Source: a candidate division WOR-3 bacterium
GTDB taxonomy: Bacteria > Hydrothermota > Tepidihabitantia > Tepidihabitantales > Tepidihabitantaceae
Reading direction: 5' to 3'
NCBI GenBank assembly: GCA_039801225.1
Contig: JBDRUH010000001.1
Location: 18,989 to 82,988 of the forward strand
DNA length: 64,000 bases
Position 1 is the stretch's first letter, and each line of letters starts with the position of its first letter. Of this stretch, positions 7,966 to 17,113 are shown piece by piece. Both the position numbers and the translations under genes were made by a program. The notes under the pieces are model-generated. The model was not told the origin of the DNA. It made no database searches and was given only the letters and a program-made list of their open reading frames with translations.

Positions 7966-9411
7966 TTATTTTGGTTTTACAATCGGTTTGACTCTCTGAC
8001 CTGAGGTGGTTGGAATTTGCAAAAAATAAACACCGGCAGGCAGATGGGGGAAATTTTCCGGACTGACCATTCTGCCGGATTTGTCATATAGGGAAAAGTT
8101 GCCGGTCAATGAGTTAAGAAAGGAGCCAGTAAAAATTGTCGGTATCATCGGTTTAAGGCTTAAACCTTTTTCCTCAGGGCTTTTAATCCCCTGTCCGATA
8201 AATATGTCTTTGGGCACGCGCAGATAAATCACCGGATTTAATCTCCTTTCCCCCTCACCCAGCTCCCAGGAGCCCGCCTCCTGGTCGGCAAAGTAAAGGA
8301 TGTGCAGGGTGTCGTCAACAACCTCGGCAAGATAGGGAAACCGTTTGCTCGTCTCATCCGGCTGTGTGAGCCTTAAGGGCTCACTCCAGGTTCTGCCGTT
8401 ATCAAATGAAGCACTAGCCCAGATGTCAGCGCGGGCGATGCCGGTTTTGGGGTCAATATTTTGCGGGTCAAACTGCTCCCAGGCCACATAAAGGATATTT
8501 TCTGGGGAACGACATCTCCGGCGGTCAATCCCAATTGAGGGACGGTCAATCGCGGCGGTGTGCGCACCAAGGCGGTCTGTGTCCGGTAGTGAATATTCGC
8601 AAATAAAGTGAACCGGAGGCGTGTCATAGGGACAATAGTGCCAGAGTTGAACCCTGCCGCGGTTTTTGCCATCGTAGAGGTCAAGAACAATGTGAATCCG
8701 GTTTGAATCTAAAACAGCGCTGGCACCAAAGAGGCTGCGGTTAAAATTGCTGGGGACATTCTCTGAAAGGTTCTTAGTTTGATACCAACTGTTACCATTG
8801 TCCGGGCTCTCTCGGAAAAACAGTTCGCCAGTATTGCTGTTTGCCCAGATGTAACCCAGCCGGGTGGAGATTTTTGAGACAATAAGGTTGTGCCGAGGAA
8901 ATGGACCGCTTTCTCCTAACTTATACCAGGAAAAAGCGCTATAGTAGTAGAGGGTATCGTTCATTATCCCGGCAAACTTGGGGAGTCCGTAATAACCCGC
9001 ACCGATTAAATTGTATTGTGGACCATAAAGGAAGGTAACTTCTGAGAAACTCCCTTGACCCGGGACGGAGTCAATGAAGTAGGAAATAAGCCGTTGTCCC
9101 CGCTTCAGGTAGTCTGCCGAAATCATCGCCTTACCATTCCGAACATTATAATCTAAACAACCAAGATTACGGGGATAAAGGTTAATAATTATCCCCTCAT
9201 TCCAGCGCCAGTTTTCACCCTTAGGCTTGAAGTTATAGCGGATTTCACCGTAACCGTTTTTGTAGATAGCATGAATCCCGCGCAAGGTATCATAAGCAAG
9301 ATAGCGAACCGCCGGACCTAAAAACTGGCGGTCGCGGTCTGCCCAGCCAATTGTGTCAATATGCGATTCTTTAGTAGTGATAGCAAAAATTAGCAAGAAG
9401 CCAATCCCCAT
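7966..9411 (-). CDS. Secreted BNR/Asp-box (sialidase-like) protein with T9SS-type C-terminal domain
   Basis: Asp-boxes SPDNGNSW and SFDNGRTW; C-terminus YDKSGR...LPAGVYFLQI...KPIVKPK. Confidence 0.75.
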   Translation of the reverse strand: MGIGFLLIFAITTKESHIDTIGWADRDRQFLGPAVRYLAYDTLRGIHAIYKNGYGEIRYNFKPKGENWRWNEGIIINLYPRNLGCLDYNVRNGKAMISADYLKRGQRLISYFIDSVPGQGSFSEVTFLYGPQYNLIGAGYYGLPKFAGIMNDTLYYYSAFSWYKLGESGPFPRHNLIVSKISTRLGYIWANSNTGELFFRESPDNGNSWYQTKNLSENVPSNFNRSLFGASAVLDSNRIHIVLDLYDGKNRGRVQLWHYCPYDTPPVHFICEYSLPDTDRLGAHTAAIDRPSIGIDRRRCRSPENILYVAWEQFDPQNIDPKTGIARADIWASASFDNGRTWSEPLRLTQPDETSKRFPYLAEVVDDTLHILYFADQEAGSWELGEGERRLNPVIYLRVPKDIFIGQGIKSPEEKGLSLKPMIPTIFTGSFLNSLTGNFSLYDKSGRMVSPENFPHLPAGVYFLQIPTTSGQRVKPIVKPK

Positions 9412-9449
9412 CGGATAAGATTACTTTAATCAAAATAAGGGTCAAGAAT

Positions 9450-9478
9450 TTGACAGCGGTGTTATTGAGATTTATGAT
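9450..9478 (+). promoter_or_regulatory. Sigma70-type promoter, 6 nt before ATG (leaderless)
   Basis: TTGACA-17-TATGAT-6-ATG. Confidence 0.75.
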
Positions 9479-9484
9479 AGTAGT

Positions 9485-10702
9485 ATGTTTGACTTCTCCC
9501 TGCTACCACTTGAGCCACAGGGAAAAAAGATTCTTTTGATTATTATGGATGGAGTCGGTGGTTTACCCCAAAGAGGAAAAACTGAACTGGAGACCGCCTG
9601 GCTTCCGAACTTTAACCGGCTGACAAGAACTTCCAGTCTTGGACTCCTTATTCCTATTGCCCGGGGTGTAACACCTGGCTCTGGTGCCGCTCATCTGGCA
9701 ATCTTGGGTTATGACCCGGTAAAATACCCTGTAGGTAGAGGGGTGATGGAAGCACTGGGAATTGGGTTAACTCCTCAATCAGGCGAACTCTGTGCCCGGG
9801 CAAACTTTGCCACGGTAGACAAAGAGGGAACTATCATTGACCGCCGGGCAAAGATCGGTGATAAACGGATGGACACCGCCGAATGTGCCGAGCTGTGTAC
9901 TAGGTTACAAAATGCCATTCCTGAAATTGAGGAAGTAAAGGTGCAGATAAAACCTGGGATGAACCATCGCTTTGTAGTAGTCTTCTCGGGAGCAAATTTG
10001 AAGGAGGAGATTACCGACTCTGACCCGGGTAAAGAGGGGAAAAAACCGCTGGAGGTGAAACCGCTGGTCCCGGAGGCAGAAAAGACAGCCCAAATTGTCA
10101 ACCGGTTTATCCAGTTGTGTGCTAAGGAACTTTCTCAAAGAAAGCGGGCAAACTATGTGCTATTGCGTGGATTTTCTTTGCCACCGAAACTGCCTCCTTT
10201 CTCGGAACGCTACAAATTACGCTCCGCCTGCATTGCCGGATATCCTATGTATAAAGGACTGGCAAGACTATTGGGAATGAATGTTTTAGAATGTGCCCCG
10301 AACTGGGAAGATGAGGTTTCAGAGGTAGAAAAAAATAAAGAAAAGTATGATTTTTTCCTCCTCCACTTTAAGGAGTTTGACCAGGCGGGTGAGGATGGCA
10401 ACTTTGAATTAAAGGTAGAACTCTTGGAGCATTTTGATGAAAAAATCATCCCCAAAGTTATAAAAATGGGTTTTGATGTTATTTGTATAACTGGTGACCA
10501 CTCTACACCGGCAGTTCTCCGCGCCCACTCCTGGCATCCAGTTCCCCTCCTCATCCACTCCCCTTATGTCCGTCCTAATGAAAGGGCTGAAGAGTTTAGC
10601 GAACGGGCTTGCCAAGAGGGTAGTTTGGGAGTTATTTTTGGTCAAGAACTTATGCCCCTCCTTCTGGCAAATGCTTTAAGATTGGGAAAGTTTGGTGCTT
10701 AG
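9485..10702 (+). CDS. apgM: 2,3-bisphosphoglycerate-independent phosphoglycerate mutase (ApgM type)
   Basis: IIMDGVGGLP, TPGSGAAHLAILGYDP, GRGVMEALG, TGDHSTP, HSWHPVP. Confidence 0.9.
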   Translation: MFDFSLLPLEPQGKKILLIIMDGVGGLPQRGKTELETAWLPNFNRLTRTSSLGLLIPIARGVTPGSGAAHLAILGYDPVKYPVGRGVMEALGIGLTPQSGELCARANFATVDKEGTIIDRRAKIGDKRMDTAECAELCTRLQNAIPEIEEVKVQIKPGMNHRFVVVFSGANLKEEITDSDPGKEGKKPLEVKPLVPEAEKTAQIVNRFIQLCAKELSQRKRANYVLLRGFSLPPKLPPFSERYKLRSACIAGYPMYKGLARLLGMNVLECAPNWEDEVSEVEKNKEKYDFFLLHFKEFDQAGEDGNFELKVELLEHFDEKIIPKVIKMGFDVICITGDHSTPAVLRAHSWHPVPLLIHSPYVRPNERAEEFSERACQEGSLGVIFGQELMPLLLANALRLGKFGA

Positions 10703-11278
10703 ATGGCAAAAGGTTGGGCGCTAATTTCGGTGTGGGATAAGTCTGGTTTAAAGGAACTGGCCGAGGTTATATTGAGGTGCGATTACCGATTACTTGCCAC
10801 CTCAAACACCGCCCAGTTTTTACGCCAGGTTAATTTGAATGTTACTGAAGTCAGTAAATGGACCAATGCACCAGAAATCTTAGGTGGTAGGGTTAAAACG
10901 ATTCACCCGAAGATTGCTGCCGGAATACTTTCCTTAAGAGGAAACGAAGGTATTGAGCCGATTGATATTGTGGTGTGCAATCTCTACCCATTTCTTCAAG
11001 GGGTTAAAGAAAAGAAAGATTTGCAGGAGATGATTGAACTGATTGACATCGGCGGAGTAACTCTCCTGCGTTCTGCAGCAAAGAACTGGCGTTTTGTCGT
11101 TCCGGTACCAGAACCTAAATACTATCCGCTGGTAATCAATGAACTTCAAGGATACGGCGCGGTAAGGGAACGGGTGCGTCTGCAACTGGCCCGGGCGACA
11201 TTTGAGTTAACGAGTAGTTATGACCAAGAGATAGCCAATTACTTCGCTAAATTGGTAAAAGAAGACGCTCAGATTTGA
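10703..11278 (+). CDS. purH: IMP cyclohydrolase (MGS-like N-terminal domain of PurH only)
   Basis: ALISVWDKSGL, GGRVKTIHPKI, VCNLYPF, IDIGGVTLLRSAAKN; ends at 191 aa. Confidence 0.88.
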   Translation: MAKGWALISVWDKSGLKELAEVILRCDYRLLATSNTAQFLRQVNLNVTEVSKWTNAPEILGGRVKTIHPKIAAGILSLRGNEGIEPIDIVVCNLYPFLQGVKEKKDLQEMIELIDIGGVTLLRSAAKNWRFVVPVPEPKYYPLVINELQGYGAVRERVRLQLARATFELTSSYDQEIANYFAKLVKEDAQI

Positions 11279-11323
11279 GTTTTAAACTTTTGCATATTAA
11301 AATTTCTCACTAGGAGGATAAAA

Positions 11324-11590
11324 ATGAATAATGGCTGGGAATACAAGTTCTTGCAAATAGATATCAATTTGAGTCCGATTTTGAAAATGGCTCGCTGGGG
11401 TGTCCAAGTGCCAGGCGAAAAAAAGCCGCGGGATACTATGGAAGGAGTGGAGGCTTATGTAAACGACCTTGGCCGGGAAGGTTGGGAACTGGTGGCGACT
11501 GTGAACGGAACCGATCACAGTGGTGTAATTACCCGGGCGATCCTTTTCTTCAAAAGACCCATCACCGCGAAGGATACAACAATGCAATAG
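11324..11590 (+). CDS. DUF4177-like small protein
   Basis: WEYK...LGREGWELV...FFKRP pattern; AGGAGG RBS. Confidence 0.8.
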   Translation: MNNGWEYKFLQIDINLSPILKMARWGVQVPGEKKPRDTMEGVEAYVNDLGREGWELVATVNGTDHSGVITRAILFFKRPITAKDTTMQ

Positions 11591-11592
11591 GG

Positions 11593-12084
11593 ATGAAGTT
11601 CAGCGGGATTGATGCCTTAGCAACTGGTATTGTCTCATTAGTTGCCGGAATTCAGTTTCTTCGGGCAATAAGAGATTTTTCCCTGGTATTCTATGAAACT
11701 ATCTTTCTGATTGCATCATTGGTCGCCGCGGTGAAGATATTTATGCCGGTGCATAATTTGAGCGGGCTGTCGGTACCGGTATCTTTTTTGGTAATATTTG
11801 TAATCTTCGCGATATTGGGAATAATCATCGCCAGTATATTCAACCAGACTCTGGAGTTTGGTTTTGGCAGTTTCAACTACTTCTTCGGACTGCTCATCGG
11901 TATCGCTTGTGGTTTTGTCGTCGGTCACACCGCCCTCAGGACGCTAATTATCGCTTATCGAGAAACAAAGCCAGAATTGGTTGAATCAATTCACCGTTCC
12001 TGGATGGCGAGCCAGGTACTTTATTTTGGTGCCTTTCGGGAATTACTCGGAATGTTAAGAATCGCCCGGTATCACAATATTTAA
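11593..12084 (+). CDS. CvpA-like (colicin V production) membrane protein
   Basis: About four TM helices, D-x-hydrophobic N-terminus, FGLLIG motif, C-terminal ..S.. helix; purine-gene context. Confidence 0.55.
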   Translation: MKFSGIDALATGIVSLVAGIQFLRAIRDFSLVFYETIFLIASLVAAVKIFMPVHNLSGLSVPVSFLVIFVIFAILGIIIASIFNQTLEFGFGSFNYFFGLLIGIACGFVVGHTALRTLIIAYRETKPELVESIHRSWMASQVLYFGAFRELLGMLRIARYHNI

Positions 12085-12121
12085 CTTAAAACAAAACCAC
12101 CTTAAATGGCAATCCAACTTC

Positions 12122-12178
12122 GCAAACCTAAAGGTAGTCGCACAGCGACCTGCCCGAATCGGGCAGAGTGCCCTACAT
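12122..12178. repeat. GTAG-type REP-like composite palindrome
   Basis: 57-bp inverted copy with one mismatch at 54064..54120; shorter relatives at 15135, 19717, 19752, 50078, 50642, 54029, 60359. Confidence 0.9.
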
Positions 12179-12224
12179 ATACCCTTTTTGGCTTTTGGAT
12201 TTTAGATTTTGGATTATATCTCCT

Positions 12225-12563
12225 TTACCAGCGTCGGTTGGAATAGCCTCCACCGCTACGACCTCCGCGGTGAGAACCACGAGTGCCACGACCTCGGACA
12301 CCACCTCTACTTTCAATTCGCTCCCGGGCTTCAGCCACTTTCAACGCCCGGTCCTCCCAGTTATAGCCATTCAGATTGGAAATCGCTGATTGAGCCCCCT
12401 GGTCATTAGCCATCTCTATAAAAGCGAACCCCCGCGGACGGTTGGTAAACCGGTCGGTAACGATATTTACTGAAACTACCTCACCCTGCTGACTGAACAA
12501 GTCACGCAGTTGATCTTCTGTTGCGCTGAATGGTAAATTACCTACAAACAAGCGCCTTGACAT
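12225..12563 (-). CDS. RRM-domain RNA-binding protein with Gly/Arg tail
   Basis: RNP2 LFVGNL, RNP1 RGFAFIEM, RGG-rich tail. Confidence 0.95.
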   Translation of the reverse strand: MSRRLFVGNLPFSATEDQLRDLFSQQGEVVSVNIVTDRFTNRPRGFAFIEMANDQGAQSAISNLNGYNWEDRALKVAEARERIESRGGVRGRGTRGSHRGGRSGGGYSNRRW

Positions 12564-12841
12564 GTTTATCCTCCTATATATTGTTATGCCTTAGAGCGTT
12601 CAAAAATGGTGGACTTGCGGGTAGGTAGTTTTTCCGCCCCACCAGCATCGAACGGTCTTAAGTTCTTCCCGGGTTATTTCTCAATTGTTGGCTGATAACC
12701 CGTCTTCAGTCAACAATCAATAATACCCAAATTCCTGATAATGTCAAATTTTTTAGGAGATTACCGATGATACTCTCAGCTGTCAGCGGAATGAATCAGC
12801 CGAGGGGCTTGACCCGGAAATAACTATTGGTAAATTAGATT

Positions 12842-13840
12842 ATGCTTTATCGTGAGGCCGGTGTTGATATTGACCGGATGAGTGCGGTGAAAAAGGAGAT
12901 TGCTCAACTGGTGAAAACGACCTTTTCCCCTGAGGTCCTCTCCGAAATCGGGCTCTTTGGCGCGCTATTCCGCTGTCCAATGGGGAAAAATCCCGTTTTA
13001 GTAGCAAGTTGTGACAGCGTTGGAACTAAGGTCTTTATAGCTAAAAATCTGGGTGTCTACCACACGGTAGGCATTGATATTGTCAATCACTGTGTAAATG
13101 ACATCTTAACCTTGGGGGCAAAACCACTTTTCTTCCTTGACTACATCGCCCATTCTGATCTCAAGAACAGTCAATTGGTTGATATCGTCAAAGGTCTTTC
13201 CCGTGCTTGCCGGATGAACAACTGCTCTCTGGTTGGCGGTGAAACGGCAATGATGCCCGATTTGTATCGCCCGGGTGATTTTGATTTGGTCGGTTTTATC
13301 GTCGGGGTAGTAGAGAAAAAGAAAATTGTCAACCCTGAGAGTCTTGAGCCGCAAGATCTGGCTATCGGCATCCCCTCTAGCGGTCTGCACACCAACGGTT
13401 ATTCCCTTGCCCGAAAAGTTTTATTTTCTAAAAACCGATTCACTGTCTCTTCCCGATTGAAAGGCTTAAGGCGTCCGTTGGGAAAAGAGTTGCTGGTGCC
13501 CCATCGCTCTTATCTTTGGCTCGTTTACCCTCACCTTGAGCATATTAAAGCAATCGCCCACATCACTGGCGGTGGGTTTTATGAGAATATCAAACGGTTA
13601 CTGCCGCCAGAGAGGGCATGTATTATCAAAAAGTCATCCTGGCGCCCCAAGCCAATCTTCCGACTGATTCAGCGCTTGGGTAATATTCCAGACACGGAGA
13701 TGTATCGGACATTCAACATGGGGATGGGAATGGTGCTATTTATCTCACCGGAACGGAAAGAAAAGGTTCTAAGGGCCATCCCCGGGGCGAAGGTGATTGG
13801 GAAAATTGTCCGTGGTACATTTGGCGTGGTGGTTATATAA
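12842..13840 (+). CDS. purM: Phosphoribosylformylglycinamidine cyclo-ligase (AIR synthetase)
   Basis: YREAGVDI, DSVGTK, GGETAMMP, SSGLHTNGYSL, HITGGG, TFNMGMG. Confidence 0.96.
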   Translation: MLYREAGVDIDRMSAVKKEIAQLVKTTFSPEVLSEIGLFGALFRCPMGKNPVLVASCDSVGTKVFIAKNLGVYHTVGIDIVNHCVNDILTLGAKPLFFLDYIAHSDLKNSQLVDIVKGLSRACRMNNCSLVGGETAMMPDLYRPGDFDLVGFIVGVVEKKKIVNPESLEPQDLAIGIPSSGLHTNGYSLARKVLFSKNRFTVSSRLKGLRRPLGKELLVPHRSYLWLVYPHLEHIKAIAHITGGGFYENIKRLLPPERACIIKKSSWRPKPIFRLIQRLGNIPDTEMYRTFNMGMGMVLFISPERKEKVLRAIPGAKVIGKIVRGTFGVVVI

Positions 13841-13845
13841 GAAAT

Positions 13846-14763
13846 TTATGCCCGGGGGTGAAAGGTTTTATAAACCTCGCGCAGATAACTGCGGTCAATA
13901 TGGGTGTATATTTGAGTTGTGGTAATACTTTGATGTCCGAGCATCTCCTGGACAGCGCGCAAATCAGCGCCACCTTCAAGGAGATGGGTAGCAAAGGAAT
14001 GACGGAGAGTGTGCGGTGTTACCCGGCGTTTGATTCCCGCAAGGTGCCAACATTTCTTTAATATTTTCCAGAACCCCATTCGGGTGAGACGAGCGCCACG
14101 GATGTTCAAAAAGAGGTAGGGATTACTTTTCCCGCGGCTGTAATAGGGTCGGGCGATGTTGAGATAATCCTTCACCGCCGAAATTGCCAGTTCCCCTAAT
14201 GGCACCATTCGTTCCTTGCCTCGTTTACCGATAACCCGGACAAACCTCTCACTTAAATCAATATCACCTGTCTTCAAATTAATGAGTTCTGAAACCCTCA
14301 AACCAGCCCCATAAGCCACCTCTAACATTGCCTTTGCCCGCAATACCCAGAACCGGTTAGCCACCTTCTCGGCACCCTCTATCAATTGGGCAACTTCTGA
14401 TTGACTGAGCGTATCTGGTAGGTGATGCGGTACCTTGGGCACTTTTAAATCAACCGTTGGGTTGCAGGGTAAATTATACTCGTTTACTAAAAAATCATAG
14501 AAGGAACGAATCGCTATTAACTTACGCGCTAAAGTAGAACTGGCTAACCCACAGTCGGCAAGGTGTCTAATATAATCTCTAATTGCCGCGGTCTGTGGGT
14601 GGTTCAGTCTTTCTTTAAAAGGACCGCTAAGAAATTGCTTCACATCGGTAAGATAGCAGTCTACGGAGGTTTTACTTATCCCTCTCTCTACTAAAAGGTA
14701 ATGGGCAAAACGCTCCAATATCTCGCTTTGTGGCTCTTGCCCGATTCGGGCATTATATTTCAA
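13846..14763 (-). CDS. xerD: Site-specific tyrosine recombinase XerD
   Basis: YGAGLRVSEL, GKRGKERMVP, TPHTLRHSFATHLLEGGADLRAVQEMLGH, TTQIYTH, FHPRA. Confidence 0.92.
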   Translation of the reverse strand: MKYNARIGQEPQSEILERFAHYLLVERGISKTSVDCYLTDVKQFLSGPFKERLNHPQTAAIRDYIRHLADCGLASSTLARKLIAIRSFYDFLVNEYNLPCNPTVDLKVPKVPHHLPDTLSQSEVAQLIEGAEKVANRFWVLRAKAMLEVAYGAGLRVSELINLKTGDIDLSERFVRVIGKRGKERMVPLGELAISAVKDYLNIARPYYSRGKSNPYLFLNIRGARLTRMGFWKILKKCWHLAGIKRRVTPHTLRHSFATHLLEGGADLRAVQEMLGHQSITTTQIYTHIDRSYLREVYKTFHPRA

Positions 14764-16363
14764 GGTCTGTCTTAGATATTATAGTATCTTTCTCAAACCT
14801 TTCATCCGGTAAAGGATGATCCTGATTATAGTGGAGACCGCGGGACTCAAGACGGCGCTGGGCGCAGGCAACAATTAGCCGGGCGGTAAAAAGGAGATTG
14901 CGGAGTTCTAAACTATGAATTTCGCAAGCACTGGACACTTGGGATTGAGAACTGAGCACTGATAGTTCTGCCGCCGCTTTTTTCAGCCCGGCATCACTCC
15001 GGACGATTCCCGCATAACGCCACATTATCTCCCGCAGACGCCTTGGCAAATGTGGAAGTGCGAATGCGAAATGCGGAAATTCTGAATTCCGAATTCCGAA
15101 TTCTTTTGGCTTTTGGCTTTTGCCTTTACTTTTTGCAAACCTAAAGGTTTGCCCTACATTTTCCTGTGCCGCTATCGCCGCCCTTTCGGCAAATACCAGC
15201 GCCTCAAGAAGCGAATTGGAGGCGAGGCGATTTGCGCCATGAAGTCCAGTGCAGGCACACTCACCTGCGGCAAAAAGCCCTTTTATCGTAGACTCTCCCC
15301 AGGAGTTAACCAAAACTCCACCGCAGACATAATGAGCTGCTGGAACAACCGGAATCGGCTCCCGGGTAATATCTATTCCCAAATCAAGGCAGGTTTTGTA
15401 AATATTGGGAAACCGCTCCTTTAATCTTTTTGGCGGTATCGGCGAGCAATCCAACAGCACAAATTCCTCCCCGCGCCGGGCAATTTCAGCAGCAATTGCC
15501 CGAGCAACTACATCCCTTGGTGCCAAAGAGCCATCAGGATGGTAGGCGTTCATAAAAGGCTTACCATCCCTGGTCCGCAAAATTGCCCCTTCCCCCCTAA
15601 CTGCCTCAGAAATAAGAAACGCCCGGTCGTCTATCTTTCTCCCGTAGAGCGTGGTTGGATGAAACTGGATAAACTCCATATTGGCGATTTTTGCTCCTGC
15701 CCGGAACGCCATAGCAATTCCATCGCCAGTGGCAATCATAGGATTTGTGGTATGAAGATAGACCTGACCAATTCCTCCTGTTGCAAGAAGGCATACCCGG
15801 GAATGGACAAGGACCATCTCTTTGGTGGATTTATTTAAAACAATCACCCCCCAGTATTCGCCGTTTTCATTTAAAACAATATCAACAGCAAAATGCTCCT
15901 CCCAGATTTTTACATTTGGTTGAGAACTCACCACCTGAAGCAGACCTCGTTCAATTTCAAACCCGGTGGCATCCTGAGCGTGAACAATCCGCCGCCGCCT
16001 GTGTCCGCCCTCCTGACCGAGGTCAAACTGCGGTTCACCTTTGACATCAACCGTGGCAGAAAACTTTATTCCTAACGCCCATAACTCCCGGACGAGGCGT
16101 GGACCAGATTCGGTAACCAGTTTCACAATATCCTTGTGGGCAAGACCCGCGCCAACCCTAATCGTATCCTCGTAATGAATCTGGGGATTATCATCTTCTG
16201 CGACTGCAGCGGCGATCCCGCCCTGAGCATAGTTGGTATTTGACTCCGGGCTCTCCTTCTTTGTCACAATAAGGACATTCCCTTTCTCTTTTAATTTATA
16301 AGCAAACCAGAGTCCGGCGATTCCGGAACCAAGAATTAGATAGTCAACCGTGATTTGATCCAC
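14753..16363 (-). CDS. nadB: L-aspartate oxidase
   Basis: GSGIAGL, SNTNYAQGGIA, EGGH..RRIVH, QFHPT, LAPRDVVAR, GLHGANRLASNSLLE, ESRGLHY. Confidence 0.95.
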   Translation of the reverse strand: MDQITVDYLILGSGIAGLWFAYKLKEKGNVLIVTKKESPESNTNYAQGGIAAAVAEDDNPQIHYEDTIRVGAGLAHKDIVKLVTESGPRLVRELWALGIKFSATVDVKGEPQFDLGQEGGHRRRRIVHAQDATGFEIERGLLQVVSSQPNVKIWEEHFAVDIVLNENGEYWGVIVLNKSTKEMVLVHSRVCLLATGGIGQVYLHTTNPMIATGDGIAMAFRAGAKIANMEFIQFHPTTLYGRKIDDRAFLISEAVRGEGAILRTRDGKPFMNAYHPDGSLAPRDVVARAIAAEIARRGEEFVLLDCSPIPPKRLKERFPNIYKTCLDLGIDITREPIPVVPAAHYVCGGVLVNSWGESTIKGLFAAGECACTGLHGANRLASNSLLEALVFAERAAIAAQENVGQTFRFAKSKGKSQKPKEFGIRNSEFPHFAFALPHLPRRLREIMWRYAGIVRSDAGLKKAAAELSVLSSQSQVSSACEIHSLELRNLLFTARLIVACAQRRLESRGLHYNQDHPLPDERFEKDTIISKTDLEI

Positions 16364-16374
16364 TCTCCAGTTCG

Positions 16375-17058
16375 TTACAGTCGGTATGAGACCTTCACGC
16401 CTGGCTGATTTTCTGCCGGTTTAAATTCAAGCCGACTACTCAACTTAGCCTCGGGCAGGAAAAACAGACAATCTAAAAAACTTACCAGCCGGTTCAAGAC
16501 CAGTGCGGCAGCAAGAAAACTGGCGTTCATCCCGGCAGTCCGTGCGGCTCTTCTCGTGCGCCAGTAGGAATAAATGCGGATTGAGTCTGAACTCCAGTCC
16601 CACTGGGCGCTACCAAAATACCCCCGCGCCTGGTAATATCGGCGCTGGGCATCCGGGTCATTAGGATACAGTTCTCTTGCCTCCCTTCGGATATCTTCAT
16701 TGAACTGTTCGGCATTATCGTAAACCTCCAGCGCCCGGTAATAACGGCGGTCGGTTATGGTAATGTCCGCACTGGCATATCTTTTGGCGATAAGCCGGGC
16801 GTCTTGCTCCCGGCTCTTCTGTAACCAAGCAAACCCTGCCCAACCCGAAAAGAAAATGCCATCCATCCATAGCATCACCTCTCCCCGTTTTTTCACCCCG
16901 CTAAGCAACTGCCCACTACCAGGTAGAACTATAGAACTCAGCATCACAACACCTCGCCCCAGTTTCTTGGTTTTGAGTTCCTGGTTTTGAGTTTTAGAAA
17001 ATATGAATTCTGAAATAGGGGAATTGCTGACTAATAAGACCGCCAGAACCAAACTCAT
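16375..17058 (-). CDS. Hypothetical protein (possible outer-membrane protein)
   Basis: LSSIVLPGSGQL motif and C-terminal beta-strand-like end; GGAGG RBS. Confidence 0.65.
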   Translation of the reverse strand: MSLVLAVLLVSNSPISEFIFSKTQNQELKTKKLGRGVVMLSSIVLPGSGQLLSGVKKRGEVMLWMDGIFFSGWAGFAWLQKSREQDARLIAKRYASADITITDRRYYRALEVYDNAEQFNEDIRREARELYPNDPDAQRRYYQARGYFGSAQWDWSSDSIRIYSYWRTRRAARTAGMNASFLAAALVLNRLVSFLDCLFFLPEAKLSSRLEFKPAENQPGVKVSYRL

Positions 17059-17113
17059 TTTCCCTCCTTATTTTTCTTTTTACTGCTTACTCTTTGCTCT
17101 TTAATTTCTAGCC

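Noticed and set aside
13846..14763. Tyrosine recombinase as integron or prophage integrase
   Set aside because: Typical housekeeping XerD sequence coupled to nadB, with no integron-integrase insertion, attC array or phage genes seen
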